NCBI GenBank assembly: GCA_046331705.1
Contig: JAXLQJ010000018.1
Coordinates: 62,001 to 122,720, forward strand
Direction: 5' to 3'
Source of the DNA: a bacterium
GTDB taxonomy: Bacteria; JADJOY01
DNA: 60,720 nt
In this document: piece by piece, positions 19,699 through 28,647 of the stretch
Numbering within the stretch: the first letter of the stretch is position 1
How the letters are laid out: each line of letters opens with the position of its first letter
Program-made: the position numbers and the translations under genes
Notes under the pieces: model-generated
What the model was told of the DNA's origin: nothing
The model's database searches: none
What the model saw: only the letters and a program-made list of their open reading frames with translations

Positions 19699-20367
19699 AT
19701 GCGGAAGCGATCCGTGATGCCCCTCGTACCTGCCGTGCTCGTCCTCGCGGTGACGCTCGCGGGCTGCCCGATGCAGCCACACCCACCGTCCCAGCGGTCG
19801 ATCCTGTACGGATCGAAGGTGCCGATCCCCGGACCGGGCGGCGTTCGATACGCGCAGATCATCGGGTACGCCGACGAGCCCATCGAGCCGAACAACGGCG
19901 AGGACGAGTGCTCGCAGCTGATCGGCCTCAACTACGCCGAGGGGCCACCGCCTCAGTACACGCTCTTCCCGCTGCCGCTCATCGAGCACGAGAAGGCGGG
20001 CATCCCGCGCAATTGGGCCTGCCTTCCGCCGGATCTACGCGACAACTTCTTCGAGTGGGATCCCGCGTTCGCGTGGCCGCCCCTCGAGGCGAAACGCGGC
20101 AAGCCGAGTCTGGCGGCGGCGTGCCACCTCGTCGACGGCGGCGTGACCACGGCGCCCCACCACGTGCGGTGCTGGAACGGAGTGGGCAATCCCGGCAGCG
20201 CGGACAGCACATCCCCCTGGTACGACTGCACGGTCACGCAGGGCATCTGCGGACAGGCCACGAAATGGGCCAGCTCGTACAGCACGATGAACGAAACGAC
20301 GCCGCTCGCCAGCTGCCCGAAGCGCGATTGCTGCAACACCGGCTACAACAGCTGCAACATCCCTTGA
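19699..20367 (+). CDS. Cysteine-rich orphan lipoprotein
   Basis: Canonical lipobox LAGC; 10 further Cys; Pro/Trp-rich; coding-like codon usage. Confidence 0.7.
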   Translation: MRKRSVMPLVPAVLVLAVTLAGCPMQPHPPSQRSILYGSKVPIPGPGGVRYAQIIGYADEPIEPNNGEDECSQLIGLNYAEGPPPQYTLFPLPLIEHEKAGIPRNWACLPPDLRDNFFEWDPAFAWPPLEAKRGKPSLAAACHLVDGGVTTAPHHVRCWNGVGNPGSADSTSPWYDCTVTQGICGQATKWASSYSTMNETTPLASCPKRDCCNTGYNSCNIP

Positions 20368-20420
20368 AGCCGTGAAGCCGTGCCGAGCGGCGCGGCCGAC
20401 GGCGCGCGTCCCGGGCGCCG

Positions 20421-22667
20421 TCAGCCGTCGTCGGTCGGCCGCGCCGTCCCGACCTGCCGGTCGAACGACGCGGCCACGTGATTGGCGATCTCGTCGGGCT
20501 TGGCCTCGGGGGGAACCACGATCGACTCGCTCAGCACCACTTCCGTGGTCTCCACGTCGGTGACCCGCAGGTTGAGCATCAGCACGCCGTCGAGGCGCGT
20601 GAGCCGGGTGCGCAGCAGATAACGCGCGCTCACCAGTCGCCCGAGCTCGAGCGCCGCCTTGGGCTCGGCCAGGGCCGACGAGCCGAGCGCGAGCTCGGCG
20701 AGCAGGCGATCGAGCATCTCGCGGTCCACCAGGCGCGTGTTGGGCACGCGAGCCACCGACTGCTCCAACGACGCACCGAGCGCATCCGCGAACCCCGTGC
20801 GCGTGTCCGCGGCCAGCGTGCGCTCGACCGGCATCAGCCACACGCTGCGCGTGCGCTCCGCAGCCGACGCGACGGGCACCGCCGGCGCGCCGCGTCCGCG
20901 GCGCTCGCGGTAGCGCCGCGCGAGCTCGCTCACTCGTGCGTCGATCTGGCGCTGCCGCTCGACGTCGGCGCGCGTGGCATCGGCGCGCTCGAGCCGTTCA
21001 AGAAGCGCGGCGGCGCTCGCGTCGCCCGGGTTGATCGAGAGGATCGACCGATACTCGCGCTCGGCGCTGGCGTCGTCGTCCCGCGCCGCGCCGAGCTGGG
21101 CGCGGAGCCGATGCAGCTCGGGCAAGCCTTCCCCCGCGGGAGTCGCCTGCGCCAGGTGACGCTCGGCAGCGGTGAGGTCGCCGCGCGTCAGCGCGAGCTT
21201 GGCCAGCCGCGTGAGCGCGAGCGCACGCTGGGCCGCCGATCCGACGCGCGCGTTCGCGGCCTCCCGATAGTGGCGCTCCGCGGCTTCGGCGTCCCCGGCG
21301 ATGACCGCCACGTCGCCCTCGAGGATCCGCGCGTAGACGAGCTTGGGCTCGAGCGCCAGCGCCCGCACGACGCGCTCGCGCGCCTCACCCACCGCGCCGC
21401 GGGCGAGCAGCACGCCGGCTTCGGTCTGAAGACGGCACGCCTGCTCGATACCGCGCGTGCCGACGGCGGAAAACGCCGACTGGGCACCCAGCCACTCGTC
21501 CACCGAAAGACGCTGGAACCCCACCTCGCAAGCCTCGGGCATCGTCGTGGCCCGGCTCGCGAGCCATCCCAGCGTGCCCGACGCGACGCCGAGGCCGAGG
21601 AGCGCCGAGAAGAGCCGCCAGCGGCGGCGCGGCGGCGGCGAAGCGGCGCCGTCCACCGCAGGCGGGTCGGAAGCGGGAGCCATCGGGACGTGGTGACCGT
21701 GACCACCGGGACTCTCCGGCTCGATCCGCTGCGGCGCGGGGGTCCGCGAGTTCGCGATCGCGGCCAGGATGGAGTCGACGGGAACGTGAGCGTCGCGCAT
21801 CGCCGCGAGAAACGCCTCGCGGAGCTCGATCGCGCTCTCGAAGCGTGCCGACGGGCTCTTCTCCAGGCAACGCATCACGACCGCGGCGAGCGCTTCCGGC
21901 AGCTCGGGGCGCAGCTCGCGGATGGGCGGAGGAGCCTCGTACGCGTGCGCAACGGCGACGCCCACTGGGCTGTCGCCGCGGAACGGTAAACGCCCCGCGA
22001 GCATCTCGTAGATCACGACGCCCCAGGAGTACAGATCCGCGCGCGCATCGACGTCAGGCCGACCCTGCGCCTGCTCGGGGCTGATGTAGCCGGGCGTGCC
22101 GACCATCGCGCCCGGCGTGGTGTGCGAGTCGATCGCCAGCGCTTGCGCCACGCCGAAGTCGAGCAGCTTCACCGCTCCCGTGGACGTCACGAACACGTTC
22201 TGCGGCTTGAAGTCGCGGTGGACCACGCCGTGGGCATGCGCCGAGGCGAGCCCCGTCAGCATCTGCACGCCCAGCGCGCACACCCGCGCGAGCTCGGGGC
22301 GAGGCTCTTCGTCCAGCCACGCGCGCAGATCACGCCCGTGCAGAAGCTCCATGGACAGGAAATAGAATCCCTGATCGGTCCCGATGTCGTAGATCCGGAC
22401 GATGTTGGCGTGATTGAGCTGCTGACAGATCAGCGACTCGCGTTTGAATCGCTCGACGCGGCCGGGCTCGGCGTGGACCACCGGCAGCAGCACCTTGAGC
22501 GCCACCTGGGCGTTCGTGAGGGCGTCGCGCGCCACGTAGACGCGCCCCATCCCGCCCGAGGCGAGCTCGCTCAGGATCTCGAACTTGCCGAGCCGCGCGC
22601 CGGGAACCAGCGGAAACGCGGCGGAAGGCACCGGAGCAGCCGGTGAAATACGAGCGGCAGCATCCAT
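20421..22667 (-). CDS. Ser/Thr kinase - TM helix - periplasmic TPR repeats - CsgG/HfaB-like domain
   Basis: LASGGMGRVY, HRDFKPQN, DFG, GTPGYISPE; TM after RRRWR; TPR-like helices; C-terminal LVDREMLDRLLAELALGSS...ALELGRLVSA...LRVTDVETTEV. Confidence 0.88.
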   Translation of the reverse strand: MDAAARISPAAPVPSAAFPLVPGARLGKFEILSELASGGMGRVYVARDALTNAQVALKVLLPVVHAEPGRVERFKRESLICQQLNHANIVRIYDIGTDQGFYFLSMELLHGRDLRAWLDEEPRPELARVCALGVQMLTGLASAHAHGVVHRDFKPQNVFVTSTGAVKLLDFGVAQALAIDSHTTPGAMVGTPGYISPEQAQGRPDVDARADLYSWGVVIYEMLAGRLPFRGDSPVGVAVAHAYEAPPPIRELRPELPEALAAVVMRCLEKSPSARFESAIELREAFLAAMRDAHVPVDSILAAIANSRTPAPQRIEPESPGGHGHHVPMAPASDPPAVDGAASPPPRRRWRLFSALLGLGVASGTLGWLASRATTMPEACEVGFQRLSVDEWLGAQSAFSAVGTRGIEQACRLQTEAGVLLARGAVGEARERVVRALALEPKLVYARILEGDVAVIAGDAEAAERHYREAANARVGSAAQRALALTRLAKLALTRGDLTAAERHLAQATPAGEGLPELHRLRAQLGAARDDDASAEREYRSILSINPGDASAAALLERLERADATRADVERQRQIDARVSELARRYRERRGRGAPAVPVASAAERTRSVWLMPVERTLAADTRTGFADALGASLEQSVARVPNTRLVDREMLDRLLAELALGSSALAEPKAALELGRLVSARYLLRTRLTRLDGVLMLNLRVTDVETTEVVLSESIVVPPEAKPDEIANHVAASFDRQVGTARPTDDG

Positions 22668-22688
22668 GGATAACCCCGATCTGACTGC

Positions 22689-22718
22689 ATACTATGCCCG
22701 AAATCCCGCACGACACAA
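22689..22718 (-). promoter_or_regulatory. Candidate sigma70-type promoter TTGTGT-N18-TAGTAT
   Basis: AT-rich patch about 20 nt upstream of ATG 22667; the -10 box lies within the dyad GCATA-G-TATGC. Confidence 0.35.
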
Positions 22719-22795
22719 GCCTACCGGCGAGCGCCACCCCGCGTCCGGCCATCGGTCCCGACGGCGCTCGGGAGTGGCGCTTCGCTGCGCACGGC

Positions 22796-24097
22796 TCACG
22801 GCGCCGTGCCGAGCTCGGCGACCACCGCCTCGGCAGACGAGTGGGGGGCGAGCGCGGCGTCGGGCCCTAGCGACTCGAGCGGCCCCACGCGCCACAGCTC
22901 GGGCCAGCGCTGCACGACCACCGCCACCACCACGAACGTGGCGACGCCCCCCAGCAGCACCGAGCCCACCGGCCCGAGCAACGCCGCCGTCACGCCCGAC
23001 TCGAACGCCCCCAGCTCGTTCGAGAGTCCGATGAACACGAAGTGCACCGCGGCCACCCGGCCGCGCAGCGCATCCGGTGTGACGACCTGCACCAACGTCT
23101 GGCGGATGACCACGCTGACGTTGTCGCACAGGCCGGTGAGAAAGAGGAACGCAAGCGACCAGCCCAAGGATCGCGACAGCGCGAACCCGACGGTCGCGGC
23201 GCCGAAGCCCAGCACGGCGAGCAAGAGGGCGCGTCCCGGGCGCCGAAATGGGGGCAACCGCGTCGTGAGCAACGCCATCGTGAGCGCGCCGGCCGACGGT
23301 GCCGCGCGCATCCACCCCAGCCCCGCCGGCCCCACCGCCAGCAGGTCCTTGGCGAAGATCGGCAGCAGCGCGGTGACGCCGCCGAAGAGCACCGCGAAGA
23401 GGTCGAGCGTGATCGCCGGCAACAGATAGCGCGAGCGCAGCACGAAGCGCACGCCGGCGCGCAGCTCCTCGGAGCGCTCGTGTGCGGCCCGCGCGGTCTC
23501 TTGCGAGCGGACCTCGGGAAGACCGGCGAGGGTCACCGCGAACGCGAGCGCCAGCACCGTGACGCAACCGTAGGCGAACCCCGGACCGAGCCAGGCGAGC
23601 AACCCGCCCGCCGCCGCCGGTCCGCCGATGGCCGCCAGCTCGAAGGTGGTCGCGTTCCACGCGTTGGCGCGGACGAACGCCGAGGGCGGCACCAGGTTCG
23701 GCGTGAGCGACGAGATGGCCGGCGCGCTGAACGCCGTCACGCAGCCGCACCCGAGCAGCACCGGGAACACCCAGCCGATCGGCGCGTCGCGCTGGGTGAT
23801 GAGCACCATCGCCAAGCCCAGCAGGGCGAGCACGAGCTGGGTCGCCACCGCCACCATGCGGCGATCGGCGCGATCGGCGGTCACGCCAGCCGGAACGGCG
23901 AGCAACACCACCGGCACGACCTGCACCAAGCCCACGAAGCCGAGCGCCCACGCCGAATGGGTGCGGTCGTAGATCTGCCAGCCCACCGAGACCGACAGAA
24001 TCTGACGGCCCAGCACGCCCAGCACGCGGCCGACCAGCAAACGACGGAACGCCGGAAAAGCGAGGGGATCGGCTCGGGAATCCGCGCGGCTCTCCAT
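22796..24097 (-). CDS. MFS transporter (EntS/DHA3-like)
   Basis: ATG 24097 with GAGGA RBS; about 12 hydrophobic segments; GVTADRADRR motif A; DLFAVLFGG; PDALRGRV; SNELGAFESG. Confidence 0.9.
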   Translation of the reverse strand: MESRADSRADPLAFPAFRRLLVGRVLGVLGRQILSVSVGWQIYDRTHSAWALGFVGLVQVVPVVLLAVPAGVTADRADRRMVAVATQLVLALLGLAMVLITQRDAPIGWVFPVLLGCGCVTAFSAPAISSLTPNLVPPSAFVRANAWNATTFELAAIGGPAAAGGLLAWLGPGFAYGCVTVLALAFAVTLAGLPEVRSQETARAAHERSEELRAGVRFVLRSRYLLPAITLDLFAVLFGGVTALLPIFAKDLLAVGPAGLGWMRAAPSAGALTMALLTTRLPPFRRPGRALLLAVLGFGAATVGFALSRSLGWSLAFLFLTGLCDNVSVVIRQTLVQVVTPDALRGRVAAVHFVFIGLSNELGAFESGVTAALLGPVGSVLLGGVATFVVVAVVVQRWPELWRVGPLESLGPDAALAPHSSAEAVVAELGTAP

Positions 24098-24176
24098 CGT
24101 GTCCTCGGCTCGTTCGCGTCCGGCGTCGAGCGAGCCCGCGCCGCGACGGTCATCTTCGCCTACAATCGCGCTCCGC

Positions 24177-25283
24177 ATGAACACCGCCGCGGATCCGCCG
24201 TCGACCTCGCCTGCCGGCACCTGCCCGAGCTGCCACGCAGCCGTCGCGGCGCCGGCGTCACGCTGTTCCGCGTGCGGCGAGTGGCTCACCGATCCCGAGC
24301 AGCTGATCGAGCCGCGCGCGGACCAGGTGCTGGGCGAGCGCTATCGGCTGCTGGCGCTGATCGGGGTGGGCGGCATGGCGCGGGTGTGGCGCGCCCTCGA
24401 CCTGGCTGGCGATCGCGAGGTCGCGCTCAAGATCCTGGGCGTCGAGCTGGTCGGTGATCGCGCCGCCGAGCAGCGGTTCCTGAACGAGGGCAAGACCGCG
24501 CGCGAGCTTCGGCACCCCAACGTCGTCGAGGTCTTCGACTACGGCCTTTTCCCGAACGGGATGCCGTTCATCGCCATGGAGCTTCTCGACGGCAAGCTGC
24601 TCTCGGAGCTCATTCGTCAGGTGGGCGCCCTCTCCGCCGAGCGCGTGGTGCGGCTGATGCTCCAGGTGGCGGGCGCCGTGGGCGAGGCGCACCGGCGCGG
24701 GCTCGTGCACCGCGACTTGAAGCCCGAGAACATCTTCATCGTGGCTCCCCAGGACGAGTCCCGCGAGCGCGCGGTGCTGCTGGATTTCGGCATCGCCATC
24801 CACGCCGAGACGCGCGAGGCCGTCGAGAGCAAGGACGGGCTCGGCACCGTGGAGTACGCGGCCCCCGAGCAGGCGAGCGGCGAGCCCCTCGGCACCCGCG
24901 CGGACGTCTACTCGCTCGGCGTCGTGATGTACCAGCTGCTCACCGGCTCGCTGCCGGGCAAGAGCGGCGACGGCGGCGCCACCACCGGCACCGTGCGACG
25001 GACCACCCGGATCATGCCGCCGGACGGCGGCGGACGATCCTCGCCGGCGCTGCGCGACGCGCTCCAGAAGGTGGTGGTGCAGGCGCTCTCGCCCGATCCG
25101 CGGCAGCGCCACGTCGACGCACGCCATCTGCTGCGCGACCTGGAGCGGGTCGCCGTGCACCTGCCGCGGGAATCACGCGCCGCGCTGAGCTGGAACACGG
25201 TCGTCGCCACCTGGTGGTGGTTGCCGGTGTTGCTGCTGGTGGTGGCCGTCATCACTTCGTTCCTGTGGTTCGGCGCGCGTTGA
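24177..25283 (+). CDS. Zn-ribbon - Ser/Thr kinase with a C-terminal membrane anchor
   Basis: CPSC..CSAC; IGVGGMARVW, HRDLKPEN, DFG, GTVEYAAPE; terminal TM WWWLPVLLLVVAVITSFLWF; TACAAT 10 nt before the ATG. Confidence 0.88.
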   Translation: MNTAADPPSTSPAGTCPSCHAAVAAPASRCSACGEWLTDPEQLIEPRADQVLGERYRLLALIGVGGMARVWRALDLAGDREVALKILGVELVGDRAAEQRFLNEGKTARELRHPNVVEVFDYGLFPNGMPFIAMELLDGKLLSELIRQVGALSAERVVRLMLQVAGAVGEAHRRGLVHRDLKPENIFIVAPQDESRERAVLLDFGIAIHAETREAVESKDGLGTVEYAAPEQASGEPLGTRADVYSLGVVMYQLLTGSLPGKSGDGGATTGTVRRTTRIMPPDGGGRSSPALRDALQKVVVQALSPDPRQRHVDARHLLRDLERVAVHLPRESRAALSWNTVVATWWWLPVLLLVVAVITSFLWFGAR

Positions 25284-26656
25284 GCACCTCGCCAGCGGGT
25301 CGGCGGCGCTCGCGGCGGCGTCTGGCGAGCGTGACGGCGCTCGGGCTCGCGATCGCGCTCGCGGCGGTCGAGGCGATCCTCGACGAGGCCCGCGGCCTCG
25401 ACGCGCCTGCGGCGAGCGAAGAAACGCCCGTCGCCGACCTCGGCCCGACGATCTACGTGATCGGTGATTTCGGATACCCGGTGCCCGAGCTCGCGGCGGT
25501 GGGCCGCGCGATCCGCGCCCACGCCGCCACGCGCGCCACGGCCGGCATGCTGATCGAGCTGGGGGACAACGTGTATCCGAGCGGGCTGCCCGCCGATTCA
25601 GCCGCGGCGGCGACCCAGCTCGGCGCGCTCGTGGGCTTGCTCGACGCGCGCGCGCCCGCGGCACTCGGCGGCGAGCCGCTCGCGCTGCTGGCGATCCCCG
25701 GCAACCACGATCACGACGCCGGCATGACGCAGACGTGGGAGACGGCGGCGGACGCGCACGGCGCCATCGAGAACGAGATGCTGCCCGCCTTCGATCGGCC
25801 CGAGTGGCACTACGCGCCGGCGCATCTCGATCCACCCGGCGATGCCGAGTGCCCGCTCGCGACGCGTCTCGATCGGGACGGCATCCGCGCCATCCGCACC
25901 GCCGCCGTGCCCGGCACGGCGGGTATCGCGGCGTGGGCGTGCCTGACGCGCCCGGCGCGCGCGCAGCCGGCGCCGGCGGGGCTCGCGCTCATCGCGATCG
26001 ACAGCCAGGTACTGATCGGCCTCGAGCATCACGGCGAGCGCGGCGCTGCGGACCTCCACTGGCGTACCCTCGAAACGCTGCTCGCGAAGGCACGCTCCGA
26101 GTCGCTCGTCCCCATCGTCCTCGGCCACCATCCCCTCGAGAGCTACGGTCGGCACCGCCCTCTCCAGCCGGGGCGCGTCGCCTTCGGCCCGGGCTGGCCG
26201 GACTTCACGCAAACCTCCGATTACCTGCTCGCCATCCCCGGAGTCGCGCAGCTCACGGTGCTGGGATGGTACGGCTCGGCGTGGCTCCACGAGCAGGACG
26301 TGCACGCACCGGGTTACGCTGCGTACCGCCGTCGCCTGACGGAGATCCTGACCCGACACGAGGTGGCGCTCTACGTGGCGGGGCACGATCACTCGCTGTC
26401 GCTGACGGATATCGGCAGGAGTCGGGACTTGGGCGCGATCGTCGGCCAGGAGGGGCGGCTCTTTCAGCTGGTCTCGGGCGCGACGGCGAATCTCGATCCC
26501 TTGAGCGGCGGCCCAGCGCTGCTCTATCGCCGCAGCAAGCGAGGCCACGCGCGGCTGGCGCTGGGGCGTGACGCGGCGGACGGGACCCGCCGCCTCCAGA
26601 TCGAGATCGAGCCGCTCGACGAGGCGCCGTTCCGTCGTACGATCGCAGCGCGGTGA
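25280..26656 (+). CDS. Exported calcineurin-like metallophosphoesterase (purple acid phosphatase-like)
   Basis: TTGA overlap with the kinase stop (start inferred); GDFG, GDNVY, GNHD, GHHP, GHDH motifs; Arg-rich signal peptide. Confidence 0.85.
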   Translation: MSTSPAGRRRSRRRLASVTALGLAIALAAVEAILDEARGLDAPAASEETPVADLGPTIYVIGDFGYPVPELAAVGRAIRAHAATRATAGMLIELGDNVYPSGLPADSAAAATQLGALVGLLDARAPAALGGEPLALLAIPGNHDHDAGMTQTWETAADAHGAIENEMLPAFDRPEWHYAPAHLDPPGDAECPLATRLDRDGIRAIRTAAVPGTAGIAAWACLTRPARAQPAPAGLALIAIDSQVLIGLEHHGERGAADLHWRTLETLLAKARSESLVPIVLGHHPLESYGRHRPLQPGRVAFGPGWPDFTQTSDYLLAIPGVAQLTVLGWYGSAWLHEQDVHAPGYAAYRRRLTEILTRHEVALYVAGHDHSLSLTDIGRSRDLGAIVGQEGRLFQLVSGATANLDPLSGGPALLYRRSKRGHARLALGRDAADGTRRLQIEIEPLDEAPFRRTIAAR

Positions 26657-26661
26657 TCCGG

Positions 26662-28191
26662 ATGAGGAAGCAAGCGTTCGCGATCGCCTGCTGGCTGGCG
26701 ATGGCCGCGGCGAGCGGCGCGCACGCCAAGCCCGGCATCGCGCTCACACCCGTGGTGAGTGGCCTGGCGGACATCACCGCGATCGCCAACGCGGGCGACA
26801 CCCGGCTCTTCGTGGTGCTCCAGGAGGGCCGCGTGCTGACCTGGAACGGCACCAAGATCCTGTCGAGCCCATTCCTCGACGTCCGCTCGAAGGTGCGCGA
26901 CTCGGGCGAGCAAGGCCTGCTGGGAATCGCGTTTCACCCCGACTACGCGACCAACCGCTACTACTACGTCGACTACACCCGCGAGCCCGACGGCGCCACC
27001 GTCATCGAGCGCTATCAGGCGTCGGCCACCAAGCCGAACCAGACGCCGACGAGCTCGGCGCGGACCCTGCTCGTCATCCCGCAACCGGCGGCCAACCACA
27101 ACGGCGGCAATCTGGCGTTCGGCCCGGACGGCTATCTCTACGTCGGCATGGGGGACGGCGGCGGCTCTGGCGACCCGAGCTGCTACGCCCAGCGCGACGA
27201 CACGTTGCTCGGCAAGATGCTGCGACTGGACGTGGACTCGAACCTCGATCAGGCCCCCTACTACGCCGTCCCGCCCACCAACCCCTTCGTGGGTCCCGGC
27301 GATCCGCCCGACGAGATCTGGGCGAGGGGCTTTCGCAATCCGTGGCGCTTCAGCTTCGATCGCCTGACCGGCGACCTCTACGTCGGGGACGTCGGTCAGG
27401 GCAGTCGAGAGGAAGTGGACCTGGAGCTGGCGGGAGACCGCGGCGGCCGCAACTACGGCTGGAAGGCCGAAGAAGGGCTCGCGTGCTTCGGCGATCTCGC
27501 GGGCTGCCCCGCGCAGACCCCGCCGTGCGGAAGCAGTGCCTACACCCACCCGATCCTCGACTACGACCACGACCAGGGATGCTCGATCGCCGGCGGCTTC
27601 GTGTATCGCGGCAACCGAATTCCCGCGCTCGTCGGCACGTATCTCTTCAGCGACTTCTGCGGCGGACCGATCTGGGGCGCGGCGCGGCGGCCGGGCGGCA
27701 CCTGGCAGGTCGACACCTTGGTCGCGGCCTCGGGCCTGAGCGTGTCCACCTTCGGCGAGGACGCCGAGGGTGAGGTGTACGTCGCCGACCACCAGAACCC
27801 CTCAGGCACGCTCTACGCGATCGTCGCGTCGTGTACCGGCGCGGACGGGGACGGCGACGGCAAGAAGGACGACTGCGACAACTGTCCGAGCCTCGCGAAC
27901 GCCAGCCAATCCGACGCCGACCACGACGGGCTCGGCGACCCGTGCGACAACTGCCCGGACGTGGTGAACCCCGGCCAGGACGATTCGGACGGCGACGGCC
28001 TCGGCAACGGCTGCGACACCTCGGATTGCGCGGGCGTCCTCGGCGCGGGCTCCACGGGCTCCGCCCTCCGAATGGCCCTGCTTCCCTGGCTCGCCGTGGT
28101 GCTCGGCGTGACCTGGGTCACGCAGCGGCGCCGGCGGCGCGGCCCGCACGCGACCACGGCGGCTCAAGTCTCGCACCCGATCGGCCGATGA
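26662..28191 (+). CDS. PQQ-dependent sugar dehydrogenase (GSDH/YliI family) with thrombospondin type-3 repeats and C-terminal anchor
   Basis: Signal peptide ending AHA; GEQGLLGIAFHP, NHNGG.LAFGPDGYLY, GFRNPWRFSFD, NYGW; CDNCP...Q.D.D.DG.GD.CD repeats; TM followed by RRRRR. Confidence 0.9.
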   Translation: MRKQAFAIACWLAMAAASGAHAKPGIALTPVVSGLADITAIANAGDTRLFVVLQEGRVLTWNGTKILSSPFLDVRSKVRDSGEQGLLGIAFHPDYATNRYYYVDYTREPDGATVIERYQASATKPNQTPTSSARTLLVIPQPAANHNGGNLAFGPDGYLYVGMGDGGGSGDPSCYAQRDDTLLGKMLRLDVDSNLDQAPYYAVPPTNPFVGPGDPPDEIWARGFRNPWRFSFDRLTGDLYVGDVGQGSREEVDLELAGDRGGRNYGWKAEEGLACFGDLAGCPAQTPPCGSSAYTHPILDYDHDQGCSIAGGFVYRGNRIPALVGTYLFSDFCGGPIWGAARRPGGTWQVDTLVAASGLSVSTFGEDAEGEVYVADHQNPSGTLYAIVASCTGADGDGDGKKDDCDNCPSLANASQSDADHDGLGDPCDNCPDVVNPGQDDSDGDGLGNGCDTSDCAGVLGAGSTGSALRMALLPWLAVVLGVTWVTQRRRRRGPHATTAAQVSHPIGR

Positions 28192-28214
28192 GTCTCCGGG
28201 AAAGGAGACTTGCC

Positions 28215-28625
28215 ATGCCCATCCTGCCGTGGACAGCGAGATTCGACCTGGGTGTGCCCGAGATGAACGCGCAGCACAAGGGGCTGCTGGACCTGATGAA
28301 CAAGATCTACGACATGAACGAGGCAGGCGCCTCCCATGGCCAGCTGGTGTTGGCGATCGACGAGCTCGGCACGCTCACCAAGAAGCACTTCGCCGAGGAA
28401 GAGCGCTTCATGCAATCGATCAACTACCCGAAGCTGGTGCCGCACCAGATGATCCACCGCGATCTGCTGCGCGAGCTGGGGGAGAACGTCGCCCAGTTCA
28501 AGAACACCTCCGGCCCCGCCCCGAAGGAGCTGTTCCGGTTCCTCAAGATCTGGCTGACCGCGCACATCGCCGGCATCGACCGCCAGTACGCCGAGCACTC
28601 GAAGTCTGCGGCCAAGGCCGCCTGA
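28215..28625 (+). CDS. Bacteriohemerythrin
   Basis: AAGGAG RBS; W...GVPEMNAQHKGL, HFAEEE, H...H, WLTAHIAGID iron-ligand pattern. Confidence 0.92.
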   Translation: MPILPWTARFDLGVPEMNAQHKGLLDLMNKIYDMNEAGASHGQLVLAIDELGTLTKKHFAEEERFMQSINYPKLVPHQMIHRDLLRELGENVAQFKNTSGPAPKELFRFLKIWLTAHIAGIDRQYAEHSKSAAKAA

Positions 28626-28647
28626 CGCGCGCGCGGCGAGCGCGCGC

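Noticed and set aside
16013-22667. Canonical curli (type VIII) or type IX secretion locus
   Set aside because: No CsgA/B curlin repeats, CsgE/F or PorK-N/SprA genes in the window; only fold-level resemblance
27830-28030. Repeated GACGGCGACGG / TGCGACAACTG units resembling a repeat array
   Set aside because: These are coding thrombospondin type-3 repeats, not CRISPR; there is no constant repeat-spacer period
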